Source of the DNA: Candidatus Poribacteria bacterium | Lineage (GTDB): Bacteria > Poribacteria > WGA-4E > PCPOR2b | DNA length: 64,000 nucleotides | NCBI GenBank assembly: GCA_965220385.1 | Contig: OZ244825.1 | Location: 212,769 to 276,768 of the forward strand | Direction of reading: 5' to 3' | Shown: positions 34,888 through 45,171 of the stretch, in pieces | Numbering within the stretch: the stretch's first letter is position 1 | Layout: the number at the start of each line of letters is the position of its first letter | Translations under genes and position numbers: made by a program | The notes under the pieces: generated by a model | What the model saw: the letters and a program-made list of their open reading frames with translations, nothing else | Told to the model about the DNA's origin: nothing | Databases searched by the model: none

Positions 34888-35091
34888 AATTTGTATTGTG
34901 TTTAACTCTTCTGGTATCCTTCAAATCGTAGAAAGGAAATTGGTTCAATATGCCCGGTTTCAAGCCTTTTGAGCGGGGGTATTCCTTTCTATAAGATGGT
35001 TATAGTTTGGATACTAACAAGCGCGAACTGTTCCTTTGAACGTTTGCGCGAATCATCAGGTTCTATGAGCCAATACAATGGAGGTTAAACA

Positions 35092-35556
35092 ATGTATCGG
35101 AAAGTTTTGTTTGCAACGCTGGCAGGGTTGTTTATTGTGAGTTTGTGCTTTTTCGTGTATAACCAGGTCCATGCTGCGGTGACTTGTAGTGCGAGTGCCT
35201 CTGCGAATTCCTTTTATGCTAGAGGCTCTGTATCCCCTGGGATTACAAATCTCGAATGGGAGCATAAAGAAGGTCAGAAGTATAATGGCACAGCAACGGT
35301 GAGAGCCGCATGCGGCGGAGATGTCGAGAAGCTGGAGGATGTAACAATTCGTATAAGGGTGGAGAAGGAAGAACACGGTTGGACTACTGGATCATACACG
35401 AATACTACATACGAATTGTATACAGTGAGTGAAGGTGCTAACGTACGGAACTGGGATTGGCCATCAGTTTCCAAAATTGGATACGCAACAGGTTCGATAA
35501 GCGGTGCCAGTGACACTGATCGTGCCGAATATCACTCTAGCGGTTACTACAATTAA
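35092..35556 (+). CDS. Secreted hypothetical protein
   Basis: SD GGAGG; signal peptide ending VHA; two Cys; appears beta-rich. Confidence 0.75.
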   Translation: MYRKVLFATLAGLFIVSLCFFVYNQVHAAVTCSASASANSFYARGSVSPGITNLEWEHKEGQKYNGTATVRAACGGDVEKLEDVTIRIRVEKEEHGWTTGSYTNTTYELYTVSEGANVRNWDWPSVSKIGYATGSISGASDTDRAEYHSSGYYN

Positions 35557-35625
35557 TCGTTCCTAAATTGGAAATTCGGGTGCCTTCAGGGCACCCGAAT
35601 TCTAACCTCATATAGGAAATAAAAG

Positions 35626-37107
35626 ATGAAACGCAAAAGAACAGTGCTAGCACTTTTCCTTTTGGCAACTATCGGTATCATCGCCTTTTTCGTCTTCCGA
35701 GTAAACCGACCAATCTTCCCTTTTCCCGCGTCTGGAGCTGGAGACTTTGTGGATGGAGGTGGACTCCACACGAGTCATCAAAAAGAATTTGAAGATCCGT
35801 GGCAGGCTTGGGTGGAAAAACAGACCGCCGAAACAGTGAAAAATATAGCAGCAGCGTACAAGAAACAGAAACAATCTCCAATGAATGAAAGTCAAATAGC
35901 AGAATGGCGCATCAATATTCATACCAACATGACAGAGTACGCCGAAAAGATGAAAGAGAAGTATTCTTCTCCTGCTGCGATGGAGGCAGGGGGAGATGGA
36001 TTATCCACTAAGGGGAAACTTACGGTTAGGAAAGTGCCCCTTGAAAGATATACCGGACCTCAGACGGTTGAAGCCCTGATGGAAGCATTTGATGCGTATG
36101 ACCGCAGCGGATATACAAATCCCCTAGATGCCTTAGCGGATGAGAAATATCCGCGTGCCGAATGGCTTGCGACGCTGCTTGATAAAGGAGTCATATTTGG
36201 GGATTATGGCGATTACTCTCTTTTTATGAACGAGCGAATAAATTTGGTAAGTTTTGAGCGTGATGAAGACTGGCGGCGATGGGGCGGGGGAAAATTCGAC
36301 GATTGGGAAACATTTAAGGAAGATTATATTGATAGGAGGGTTTGGGAAGAACAGCAAATCGCTGCTGAACGGCAAAGTGATCCAAGCGTGTTCGGTGGAC
36401 TATTTACCGGACCTGATAAGCGCACCTACCTCCCGGGACGTCCAAATCGCGTCTACGTTCAAAGAGAAGGGCGCGGGGCATTTTTTCATGGGGCACCACT
36501 TACTGATAAACAGCAGTGGGATATTATGTTGCAAGGGAAGCACCCGGAAGGGTATGAAATCATCTATGTCGATGAAAATGGGACTATTCTCTCCGAGCCA
36601 CCGCCACCCATCCCACCCCCGACGGGGGAAGAACGACGACAGTTGGAGGCGTGGCTGAAAAGAGGGGAAAGGCAACAGGCAGCCGACGTGCCAGACCAAA
36701 CTTTCGAGGATTTGGACGGTTGGGATAGCGGAGGCCAGGAGGACAGTCCTTCGGGGAACGAAACTGTGAGAGCAGAAGCCCAAGCCGCTCAGAAACGGTT
36801 TGAGCAATCACAAGCGGAGGCTTTAGAACGTGCTACCAAGAACGATACCGAAATAGGGGCAGCACTCGAAAAACAGTTGACACCCGAACTGCCCACAGCA
36901 GCGGGTACCGAAACGCAACTGAGTGAAAGATTCTCCCCTGAACGGTTGGAAAAAGCGCGAGAGGTCTTGGAACGGTATGGACCTGAGGAAGGGATGCGTC
37001 GTCTCAGAGAAGATGATCCCGAAGTTGCAGCGCAGGTTGAACGGACCCGTCGGGATCGGAACCCGGCTGAGAGCGAAACGGATGAACCTGAAAATCCAAC
37101 GCGGTAA
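35626..37107 (+). CDS. Membrane-anchored hypothetical protein, long paralog of 33827-34525
   Basis: Same core with an N-terminal insert and a Pro/acidic C-terminal extension. Confidence 0.8.
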   Translation: MKRKRTVLALFLLATIGIIAFFVFRVNRPIFPFPASGAGDFVDGGGLHTSHQKEFEDPWQAWVEKQTAETVKNIAAAYKKQKQSPMNESQIAEWRINIHTNMTEYAEKMKEKYSSPAAMEAGGDGLSTKGKLTVRKVPLERYTGPQTVEALMEAFDAYDRSGYTNPLDALADEKYPRAEWLATLLDKGVIFGDYGDYSLFMNERINLVSFERDEDWRRWGGGKFDDWETFKEDYIDRRVWEEQQIAAERQSDPSVFGGLFTGPDKRTYLPGRPNRVYVQREGRGAFFHGAPLTDKQQWDIMLQGKHPEGYEIIYVDENGTILSEPPPPIPPPTGEERRQLEAWLKRGERQQAADVPDQTFEDLDGWDSGGQEDSPSGNETVRAEAQAAQKRFEQSQAEALERATKNDTEIGAALEKQLTPELPTAAGTETQLSERFSPERLEKAREVLERYGPEEGMRRLREDDPEVAAQVERTRRDRNPAESETDEPENPTR

Positions 37108-37126
37108 CCTATTCCGCTGCTACAGA

Positions 37127-38005
37127 TTAGGTTGAGCTCTCCAATCCCAACTGCCCTGCAAGGTCATCAACAAATTGACGTGCAACCCGTCCCGATCTGC
37201 CACTCGACGACGCTTCCCACTCCAACGCTCTCCGATGAAGCTCCGCCGTTGAGATAGACAATCCACGCTTTTGGGCGTAGTTGGAGACAATCTGTAGGTA
37301 GGTGTGTTGAGAGAACCGATAGAAGGCGAGTCGCAACCCAAACCGATCACTGAGCGAAACCTTCTCTTCGGTCGTCTCTCGCGGATACAGCTCATCTTCA
37401 TCGGTGTTGGGATATTGGTTTTCTCCGACTTGACGCGGCATCAAGTGACGGCGGTTGGAGGTCGCGTAGATCAGGACATTCTCAGGACGAGCGGCAATCC
37501 CACCCTCCAACATCGCTTTCAACTCCCTATATTCCGCTTCCCCTTCGCTGAAGGAGAGGTCATCGCAAAAGAGGATATATTGTTCCGGGCGATCCCACAG
37601 GAGATCGGCAATCTCTTGCAGATAAAGCAGCCCCTCCCTGTTCACCTCGACCAGCCGCAATCCCTCCGACGCATACCGATGGAGTATCCCTTTGATGAGT
37701 GACGACTTACCTGTCCCCCGATCACCCCACAGCAGCGCGTGGTTCGCAGGTAAACCCTGCAAGAACTGACGTGTATTCCGATCCAACTCCTCAATCTGCC
37801 GATCCACCCCAATCAGGTCCGCAAGTTCGATGAGGTCGGGGTGTTTGACGGGAATCAGACGTTGACTCCGCCACCGAAAGGCGATATGTCCGTCGAGCGG
37901 CTCAGAAGGGGTTTCAATCGCAGCGGTGCTAGCTGTCAAGAGTCCTTCCACTTTGTCGAGCAGCTGCTCCACGCGGGGAATAATTTCTTTCCAATCTTGT
38001 GCCAT
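37127..38005 (-). CDS. DUF815 family AAA+ ATPase
   Basis: LLWGDRGTGKSS, FCDDLSF, YATSNRRHL, EEK.SLSDRFGL, SGR.ARQF. Confidence 0.92.
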   Translation of the reverse strand: MAQDWKEIIPRVEQLLDKVEGLLTASTAAIETPSEPLDGHIAFRWRSQRLIPVKHPDLIELADLIGVDRQIEELDRNTRQFLQGLPANHALLWGDRGTGKSSLIKGILHRYASEGLRLVEVNREGLLYLQEIADLLWDRPEQYILFCDDLSFSEGEAEYRELKAMLEGGIAARPENVLIYATSNRRHLMPRQVGENQYPNTDEDELYPRETTEEKVSLSDRFGLRLAFYRFSQHTYLQIVSNYAQKRGLSISTAELHRRALEWEASSSGRSGRVARQFVDDLAGQLGLESST

Positions 38006-38030
38006 AAGTTCTTTACACTTTTAGTGTTTT

Positions 38031-38939
38031 TCACGCCTCTCCAGAGCGATCCTCTTTCACGGCCTCCGCCAAAATCGAAATCATCTCCGCTAGATCTGGG
38101 AACGCCTCCGAATCTTCAGGCGGGAGATCTGCGAGATGCGTCTCCCCGACCAATCGGTACATATCCGCCACACCCGCTAAAATCTTTGGCGTCAAACCGA
38201 CATGACCAAACGTCGCCGAGATCTCCTCCATCTCACCGATCCACCGTCTGGACTTCGGCGGCATCCCCGGCAATCCGCCCTCCATCCGCTGATACAATGC
38301 CGATTGACTCATCTGAAATTCCGCTTTGAGCGCGTCAGACACCCCCAGCAATTCGGCAGCGGTCAGCAGTTCCGTGCACAGTGCGGTCAGCCCCTTTGTC
38401 AACGAGGCGTAGCACATCTTAATCGCTGAAGCCAATCCAATCCGCTCGCCGAGTGGACGGACATCAAGCCCAAATTTCGTCAACGCTGCAAAATCACGGG
38501 CGTGGACACCTGAGGCGTAGAAGCGGGTCGCCCCCGGTTTTCTGGGCGGGGGGCCGATGATTGACGCATCGACAAAGCGAGCACCGGCTGCCGTGATGAT
38601 TCCAGCCAGTTGGCGCGTGGTTTGTGGGGCGATTGCGTTACAATCGACGTAGGTGAGATCCGTGTCCGTCTCAGCGAGTGCGTCCGCAACCGCTTGGGAG
38701 GCTCCCTTGGCTTCCGCCGGCACCATAATCGACAGGATCATCTCGGCTTCATTTACAAGGGTTTGATACGTCTGCACATCTTCAATCTTCCCTTTTTCAG
38801 CGAGGGTTCGAGTGCGTTCACTTCTCCCCTGAAGACAGGTAATCACGCGCAAGCCGTGTGTAACAAGGACGTGACCGACAACATGTCCCATATCGCCGGG
38901 ACTCAGAAGTCCAACAGTCTTTATTGGCATAATATTCAT
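38031..38939 (-). CDS. NAD(P)-dependent oxidoreductase (6PGD/3-hydroxyisobutyrate DH-like, DUF1932)
   Basis: GLLSPGDMG, VD.NAIAP, SIIGPPP, ASAIKMCYA. Confidence 0.88.
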   Translation of the reverse strand: MNIMPIKTVGLLSPGDMGHVVGHVLVTHGLRVITCLQGRSERTRTLAEKGKIEDVQTYQTLVNEAEMILSIMVPAEAKGASQAVADALAETDTDLTYVDCNAIAPQTTRQLAGIITAAGARFVDASIIGPPPRKPGATRFYASGVHARDFAALTKFGLDVRPLGERIGLASAIKMCYASLTKGLTALCTELLTAAELLGVSDALKAEFQMSQSALYQRMEGGLPGMPPKSRRWIGEMEEISATFGHVGLTPKILAGVADMYRLVGETHLADLPPEDSEAFPDLAEMISILAEAVKEDRSGEA

Positions 38940-38995
38940 CTCTCTTTCAATCTGAGGTTATTTGGATTGATGCTTTCAGTCAATTAGTAGGATAC

Positions 38996-39562
38996 TTATT
39001 CTAAAGGGGTGACGTTTCTATTCTCCCATTCCGAGCGGAGGAGACCGTACAGATACATATCATAGCGTTTCCCATCCCGCTGCAGATGTTCCCGATATAC
39101 TCCTTCATGCTGGAAGCCCAACTTTTCGTACAGCGCGATGGCGCGTTTATTGTAGCTAAACACCGTGAGTTGGACCCGATGCAAATTGAGTTCGTCAAAA
39201 GCAAATCGGAGCATCAGCTGCATGGCTTCGTAACCGTAGCCTTTTCCCCAGTGCTGTGCCTCCCCAATGGCAATGCTTACGCCGCCCGCCCGATGTGTCC
39301 ATAGGATTCCGTCGAGTTCAACATACCCAATGGGTGTATCGCTGTCGAGGGTGCGAATGGCAAAAAGGAAAGCGTCAGTTGCTCTATCCGTGTCGTCTAA
39401 CCGCTGTGCTAACGATGTCTCAGTCTTAGGATAAGCGGGAAGGGCGTCAAGTAGTCGTAAGAATTCGGCGTTCTGATGCCATTTGGCAACAGTTGGGAGG
39501 TCGTCTTGCGTTAATGCTGTGAGCCGGACTCGGCTACCGCGCAAGAGTGTCGAAGGGGTCAT
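38996..39562 (-). CDS. GNAT N-acetyltransferase (RimJ/RimL type)
   Basis: WGKGYG.EAM, LHRV.L.V..YN.RAIALYEKLGF..EG. Confidence 0.92.
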   Translation of the reverse strand: MTPSTLLRGSRVRLTALTQDDLPTVAKWHQNAEFLRLLDALPAYPKTETSLAQRLDDTDRATDAFLFAIRTLDSDTPIGYVELDGILWTHRAGGVSIAIGEAQHWGKGYGYEAMQLMLRFAFDELNLHRVQLTVFSYNKRAIALYEKLGFQHEGVYREHLQRDGKRYDMYLYGLLRSEWENRNVTPLE

Positions 39563-39638
39563 GCATTGTAGTCCTGATGGATTACTCGGCGCGTTGCTGA
39601 TTTCGTTTTTGTCGGTCCAGTCTGTGGGTAGGCGAGTA

Positions 39639-40340
39639 TTACGCTAATTCCGTCTCCTCGTCCGTATCTTTTTCCGTCTCCCTATCCGCACCTACATCTG
39701 TCTCTTCAGTTGTGCCATCGGAATCGCTCGGTCGTTCTGTTTCTTCTGGTTCCACTAATCTCGTCGGTATAAAGAGTATATCTTCGGGGGTGATCTCCTG
39801 CTCTTCCTCCTGCTGTTCTTCCGTGTTATCAACTGTCTCGGACGTATCATCAAGCACAGTGGGCGCTGCCTCTGTCTCACCTTCTTCCGTATTATCTGCT
39901 GTCTCAGATGTGTAGGCAAAAATAGTGGGTTCCGATTCTACCTGACTCTCTTCCATGTTATCACTTACTTCAGACACGTCGTCAAGCACAGCAGGCTCTG
40001 ATTCTACCTGACCTTCTGACCTGTTCTCGACATTGTTGAGCATTGTCATGAGTCCTTCGAGCCGCTCGCGGACTTCCGCTTTCTCTTGATCTACCTCGAG
40101 ACGTTCCTGTTCACGCTCAGCCCGGAGCACCGTTATCTCCGTTTCAAAGTGATTGAGTTCAGCGTTTCGCTGTTCGAGGTTCTGAATCTGGACATCTCGC
40201 TGATCCAAGTCGTTACGAAGCTGATTGTTTTCGGATTCGAGCGCGAGTTTCTCTGCCCTGAGACTGTTAATAGTCCCAATGGCACGTTCAACGCGCTCTT
40301 CCAACAGTGTAAGTACATCGTCACGTAAATCTTCGAGCAT
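39639..40340 (-). CDS. ZapB-like coiled-coil protein with acidic repeat tail
   Basis: L..LEERVERAI..I..LR.E coiled coil; three 22-aa acidic repeats. Confidence 0.65.
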   Translation of the reverse strand: MLEDLRDDVLTLLEERVERAIGTINSLRAEKLALESENNQLRNDLDQRDVQIQNLEQRNAELNHFETEITVLRAEREQERLEVDQEKAEVRERLEGLMTMLNNVENRSEGQVESEPAVLDDVSEVSDNMEESQVESEPTIFAYTSETADNTEEGETEAAPTVLDDTSETVDNTEEQQEEEQEITPEDILFIPTRLVEPEETERPSDSDGTTEETDVGADRETEKDTDEETELA

Positions 40341-40425
40341 TTGAGCCTCCTGATAATTTATGTGATGAAAAGTTTCGGGGAAGGGTTGTCTACGGCTTAC
40401 TACGAAGGGAGTTGAAACTTAATTT

Positions 40426-41292
40426 CTATCCTTCACTCGTTAGCAAATCTTCAAGACCAACCGTCCGGGCATAGTGGAAAAGATACTGCTGGGCGTAACC
40501 GAGGTATTCGCCAAAGTAGTCTTCGGCAAACTCACGAATCTCACGAATTGAGGCTTCACGTTTGAGATAAATCCGTTCTATAATCCGTTTGACCCACACA
40601 TCAATGGGGAGGGCTTGGACATGTCCCAACGAAAACAGGCAGATGCAGTCGGCAACCTTCTCACCAATCCCTTTGAGCCCCATCAATTCCTGTTTTGCAT
40701 CGGTGTAGGGCATATGCTTCAGAGCCTCAAGGTCGAATTCCCCTGCTGCAACCGCCGACGAAACTGTCCACAGGTAAGGGGCACGGTATCCCAGCCCACA
40801 ATCGTACAGCGTCTCGACACCGGCTTCGGCGAGGGCTTGCGGTGTCGGAAAAGCGTAGTCAATCGAGTCATCAAGGGTGATGTTTTCGCCGAATCGTTCA
40901 GAGATAGTGCGGATCATCCCCTTAATCCGGGGCACGTTGTTATTCTGAGACAGGATAAACGAAGCGAGGCATTCCCACACCTCTTGGTTCAAAATCCGCA
41001 TCCCCCGGTACGTCTCAATTGATCGGTGGATAAACGGATCAATTGAGACAGCGTCCAAGATCGACGGTAAATCCCTGTTGAGATCCAAGTAGTGGCGGAG
41101 AAAGGCTTCTAATTGATCGCCTTCTTCATCAGCGGAACTTTCTACGATCAGTGTCCGGTTTTCCTGACGTATCCTCAGCTGCCTACCTTCGACAACGCCG
41201 TAATACCAACCGTTGATTGGCTGCCAACGGAATGATTGCCCGCACTCCAGCGTATGCTTCAGATCAAAATCGGTAACAGGTTCAATTCGGAT
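40426..41292 (-). CDS. 8-oxoguanine DNA glycosylase (OGG1-like); conserved frame extends to an ATC at 41292
   Basis: FDLKHTLECGQSFRW upstream of the called TTG; SQNNNVPRI, GLGYRA, HhH GIGEKVADC, PIDVWV, GYAQQYLF. Confidence 0.85.
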   Translation of the reverse strand: MRIEPVTDFDLKHTLECGQSFRWQPINGWYYGVVEGRQLRIRQENRTLIVESSADEEGDQLEAFLRHYLDLNRDLPSILDAVSIDPFIHRSIETYRGMRILNQEVWECLASFILSQNNNVPRIKGMIRTISERFGENITLDDSIDYAFPTPQALAEAGVETLYDCGLGYRAPYLWTVSSAVAAGEFDLEALKHMPYTDAKQELMGLKGIGEKVADCICLFSLGHVQALPIDVWVKRIIERIYLKREASIREIREFAEDYFGEYLGYAQQYLFHYARTVGLEDLLTSEG

Positions 41293-41607
41293 AAAGCAGC
41301 CCCCTCACGCAAAGATGATAGAATCCCTATTAGCAAAATTATGCGTATTATACAACGAAATTCCAATCAATACAAGGGCAGAAATTACAACAAGAAGGCT
41401 ATTTACTTTTCAGTTTCTTGACCCGTTATGGCAGGTAGCGCATTCCACATTGCAGGCGAGGAGCCTCACCCCGCCCGAAGAATTATGGTAGGTTTTAGAA
41501 TTAATGAGACGCTCCAAACCGAACCGCATGGCCCCTAGGCCCGGTAAGGGCTGTTTCTAACCGCACCGCATCCCGACGCGCCCCCGATTACACAAACGAG
41601 GTTGATA

Positions 41608-42441
41608 TTAATAAGAGGATACATCGGTATCCGGATGTTCTTTGAAAAATCGCGCCTGATTCACGCCGAAATCTTCCTGAAGCTGAATTGTCAGTCCGCC
41701 ATCCACCGCTAGTGCGTGCCCTGTGATAAAAGATGCCTCGTCCGAGCAGAGAAAGTTGATGGCGTTAGCGATGTCAATCGGGCGGCCAACACGGCGCACC
41801 GGATATTGCGCCTCAAAGAAACGTAGCAGCGACGGGTTCTGTTTCCAATGCTCTTCGATCCGCTCGGTTACGATATGACCGGGGCAGATTGCGTTCACGC
41901 GGATACCCATCGGGCCAAAGTCAATCGCCATCTGACGGGTAACCCCGATGACCGAGGATTTACCCGCCTCATATACCAGTTTCTTCGGTGCCATCAGGAG
42001 GCCGTGGACGGACGAGATATTGATGATACTGCCTTTGCCCGTTTTTTCAATCTCCGGCACGGCGAATTTCGCGCCCAAGAACATGGACTTGACTAACACA
42101 TTCATCGCATAATCCCAAGCCTCCTCCGTCAAGTCCACCGCGCTACCGTCCGGTTCTGTGGTGTTGAAAGCGTTGTTGACGAGGATGTTGAGATGACCCC
42201 ATAACTCAACCGCTCTACGGACCATTGCCTCAATATCGTCCCTGCGAGAGACATTGGTCTCAATGACTTCCGCGACACCCCCTGCGTTGCGAATCCGCTC
42301 GGCGTTGGCTTCAGCCGTTTCAACATCCATATCAGCGATGAGGACTTTCGCACCCGATTCAGCGAGCCGTCTCGACGTTGCACCGCCAATACCTTGAGCA
42401 CCGCCTGTGACAATTGCGACCTGATCTGTTAAACTTCCCAT
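41608..42441 (-). CDS. Short-chain dehydrogenase/reductase
   Basis: TGGAQGIG, VNNA, YEAGK, NAICPG. Confidence 0.92.
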   Translation of the reverse strand: MGSLTDQVAIVTGGAQGIGGATSRRLAESGAKVLIADMDVETAEANAERIRNAGGVAEVIETNVSRRDDIEAMVRRAVELWGHLNILVNNAFNTTEPDGSAVDLTEEAWDYAMNVLVKSMFLGAKFAVPEIEKTGKGSIINISSVHGLLMAPKKLVYEAGKSSVIGVTRQMAIDFGPMGIRVNAICPGHIVTERIEEHWKQNPSLLRFFEAQYPVRRVGRPIDIANAINFLCSDEASFITGHALAVDGGLTIQLQEDFGVNQARFFKEHPDTDVSSY

Positions 42442-42599
42442 AATTTCGTCTCCTTGATTATACAGTGTCGATAATTTTTCTATTAATCCAAGTTTTTGCT
42501 TCTCCAAAGTTGAGGTGTTCTATATAACTCAGGTTCCTCGATATTCAAAATCCAATCTATTTTCTGTTGTGGTGCAAGTTACCTGTCTTTCGCTCCAGA

Positions 42600-42713
42600 T
42601 GAAGATTAATTTATTAATTGGGTAATTTCCGAGCGATGTCCGGTGCGGTTGCAAACCGCACCTACCGGGTCTGGGGGAAGATAGAATTACCCGTTTAATT
42701 TTTTAAAACTCCA
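42600..42713. mobile_element. Family A MITE (inverted copy of 584-697) inserted into a CGCTCCAGAGGAGCG repeat
   Basis: 114 bp; the intact target repeat is at 42753-42767. Confidence 0.75.
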
Positions 42714-42918
42714 GAGGAGCGATATGTCTATAGAAAGCAGGTCCAATCTCCGCGCTCCAGAGGAGCGCAATGTGTACGGTGGGAACAAATCACCAGAACC
42801 CAAAAACCAGCGAGACGATAGGTGCTCTGTCTTGATATTTCATAGGTTATGGGTGTGAATTTTCAATGGAGGGCACACGGCGAGGGAACAAATCCGTCCG
42901 GTCTATAAATCCCAAACA

Positions 42919-44892
42919 TCACGGCAAACTCAACGCGATCAGTTCAGCGGCACGATTCGCCCCACCTATCGGGATCAGGATAAACTGCTTGCCATCTGCC
43001 ATGTAGCTTATCGGCGCACCGTGTGCATTACTGGGCAGCTCTGTTCTGGAAATCAACTGCCCGTTATCAGGATCAAACGCCCACAGAAACGGATTTTGGT
43101 CCGTGAAGGATACTTCAATCGCATTACCGCGGGGCGAGTTGCCTGTGCCGTCCCACGACGCTTGTGTCGCCGCAAAAAGCAGCGATTGAGTCAGTAGCGG
43201 GAAGTTGCGCTGTGCCCATCCCAACGGCGGAAGGTCAAGATGCCGCAAGGTGGGATGATCCCTCGGTCCATCTCCGACCGGTTGCATCCACTTATGTTCA
43301 CCCGTATTCAGATCAATGGCTGTGATGCGTCCATAAGGCGGCTTGAATAAAGAGAGACCTCGCGGTCCATTCGGTCCAAACGCGAGGGAGCCGGTATAGG
43401 CGTAATCCGCCTTTGGATCTTTCGCTTTATTTATCGTGATGACGGCAGGGTAGGTAACCGATGGAATATAGATAATCCCTCTGTTTGGATCAACAGCAGC
43501 CCCCGCCCAACTCGCACCGCCGAGGATACCGGGCATGGCGATTACTCCCTTTTCGGTTGGGGGTGTATAGAGCGTTCCATAGTCGTAACCCTCAAGGATA
43601 CTGAGTGCTTGCTCGCGCAATCCCGGCGTGAAATCAATCAAATCATCGGGCGTCACACCTTGGCGATCGAAAGGTGCTGGCTTGGTTGGGGAGGGTTGTG
43701 TAGCCGAGGACGATTCTCCCGGCACAGTTGATTGGGATACGGGGCGTTCTTCAATCGGCCAAACCGGCTCTCCAGTCACGCGGTCGAATACGAAACAGAA
43801 CGCCTGTTTCGTCACTTGGGCGACCGCCTTAATCTCCTTTCCATCGACCGTGATGTCAATCAGATTTGGCGCGGCAGGCGGATCATAATCCCAAAGCCCG
43901 TGATGCAAAATCTGAAAATGCCAAACCCGTTCCCCGGTCTCTGCATTGAGGCAGACAAGGCTATCGGCAAAGAGGTTATCTCCGAGCCGATGTCCGCCGT
44001 AATAGTCGTTGGTGGGCGTACTAACGGGCAGATAGACATAACCCAACTCCTCGTCCGCGCTCATCATCGTCCAGACATTTGTGTTACCGGTCGTCTTCCA
44101 AGAATCCTCCTTCCACGTCTCGTTTCCGTACTCCCCCTCTTGCGGGATGGTATGGAAAATCCAACGTTGCTCGCCGGTCCGTACATCAAACCCCCTGACA
44201 TCTCCCGGCGGCATCAGCTTTTGGGGTGGCTTGTTAACTGCGAAGGAATCGAGTACCGTAGAACCAACGACGACCATATCTCTACAGATAATCGGCGGCG
44301 AGAAAACAGCGTACAGCCGGCGATTCACCGGACGCCGCAACCCTTTCGTCAGATCGACGCGACCGTTTTTACCAAACCCTTGTATCGGCTTCCCTGTTCC
44401 AGCGTCAAGTGCGATCAGGTACCCATCGCCTGTACCGAGTAGCACACGTTTGTCATCGCCGTTCTCCCAATAAGAGACACCGCGATGCACGAAACCTGTG
44501 TTGGCAGGCGTGCCGTCCTTATAGGTCTTGGGATCATACACCCAGATGGTTTCTCCCGTGACAGCGTTGATGGCGGTCACCAGATTGAGCGACGTACTGG
44601 TGTATATGACGCCCCCAATCATGAGCGGTGTGGCTTCGTTCACCATCGTCCATAGATCGGGATTGGCTTCGACGAGCGCATTGTCAGGCGAGTCCCAACG
44701 CCACGCAACCCGAAGATCCTTGACGTTGTCCCTGTTAATCTGATTGAGTGAAATGTATTTAGTGCTGGCTTTATCCGAGCCGTATGCCCGCCATTCCCCA
44801 ACCTCACCGGCATCTGCCGGGAGAACAGTCAGACCGCTTGCACATACGACCGAGACAATATAAAGAAATAGCGAAGAGTATGTTCGGATCAC
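42919..44892 (-). CDS. PQQ-dependent dehydrogenase (soluble, glucose/quinate dehydrogenase-like)
   Basis: Signal peptide; EATPL, HRGV.Y, GDVRGFD..TG...W, HH.LWDYD, PPYG, YMADGKQ. Confidence 0.9.
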   Translation of the reverse strand: MIRTYSSLFLYIVSVVCASGLTVLPADAGEVGEWRAYGSDKASTKYISLNQINRDNVKDLRVAWRWDSPDNALVEANPDLWTMVNEATPLMIGGVIYTSTSLNLVTAINAVTGETIWVYDPKTYKDGTPANTGFVHRGVSYWENGDDKRVLLGTGDGYLIALDAGTGKPIQGFGKNGRVDLTKGLRRPVNRRLYAVFSPPIICRDMVVVGSTVLDSFAVNKPPQKLMPPGDVRGFDVRTGEQRWIFHTIPQEGEYGNETWKEDSWKTTGNTNVWTMMSADEELGYVYLPVSTPTNDYYGGHRLGDNLFADSLVCLNAETGERVWHFQILHHGLWDYDPPAAPNLIDITVDGKEIKAVAQVTKQAFCFVFDRVTGEPVWPIEERPVSQSTVPGESSSATQPSPTKPAPFDRQGVTPDDLIDFTPGLREQALSILEGYDYGTLYTPPTEKGVIAMPGILGGASWAGAAVDPNRGIIYIPSVTYPAVITINKAKDPKADYAYTGSLAFGPNGPRGLSLFKPPYGRITAIDLNTGEHKWMQPVGDGPRDHPTLRHLDLPPLGWAQRNFPLLTQSLLFAATQASWDGTGNSPRGNAIEVSFTDQNPFLWAFDPDNGQLISRTELPSNAHGAPISYMADGKQFILIPIGGANRAAELIALSLP

Positions 44893-45171
44893 CGGTTGGC
44901 CTCCTTCATGTCAATAGCTGATATAGGAATGCTGTTATCCATGTAAACCAAGCCTCCGCCATTATAGCAGATCCAAGCAGTCGAGTCAACAGAATTGGAG
45001 CCGCTTGGGGGACGAAAGCGCACCGCTGATTTTTGGGTTTCTCTTTTCGGGGTAACTATGTTATAATCTTGAGAAATTTGAAAAAATACAATCTCTTTAT
45101 AATGGGAAACCCAAAACCGTGAGGGTTCTCTCAAAAAATCTCATAGCACGTCTAAATGAGGGAGGAAACAG

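Noticed and set aside
44893-45171. Moco riboswitch upstream of the Mo-hydroxylase
   Set aside because: Hairpins are present but I cannot match the conserved motif; a covariance search is needed.
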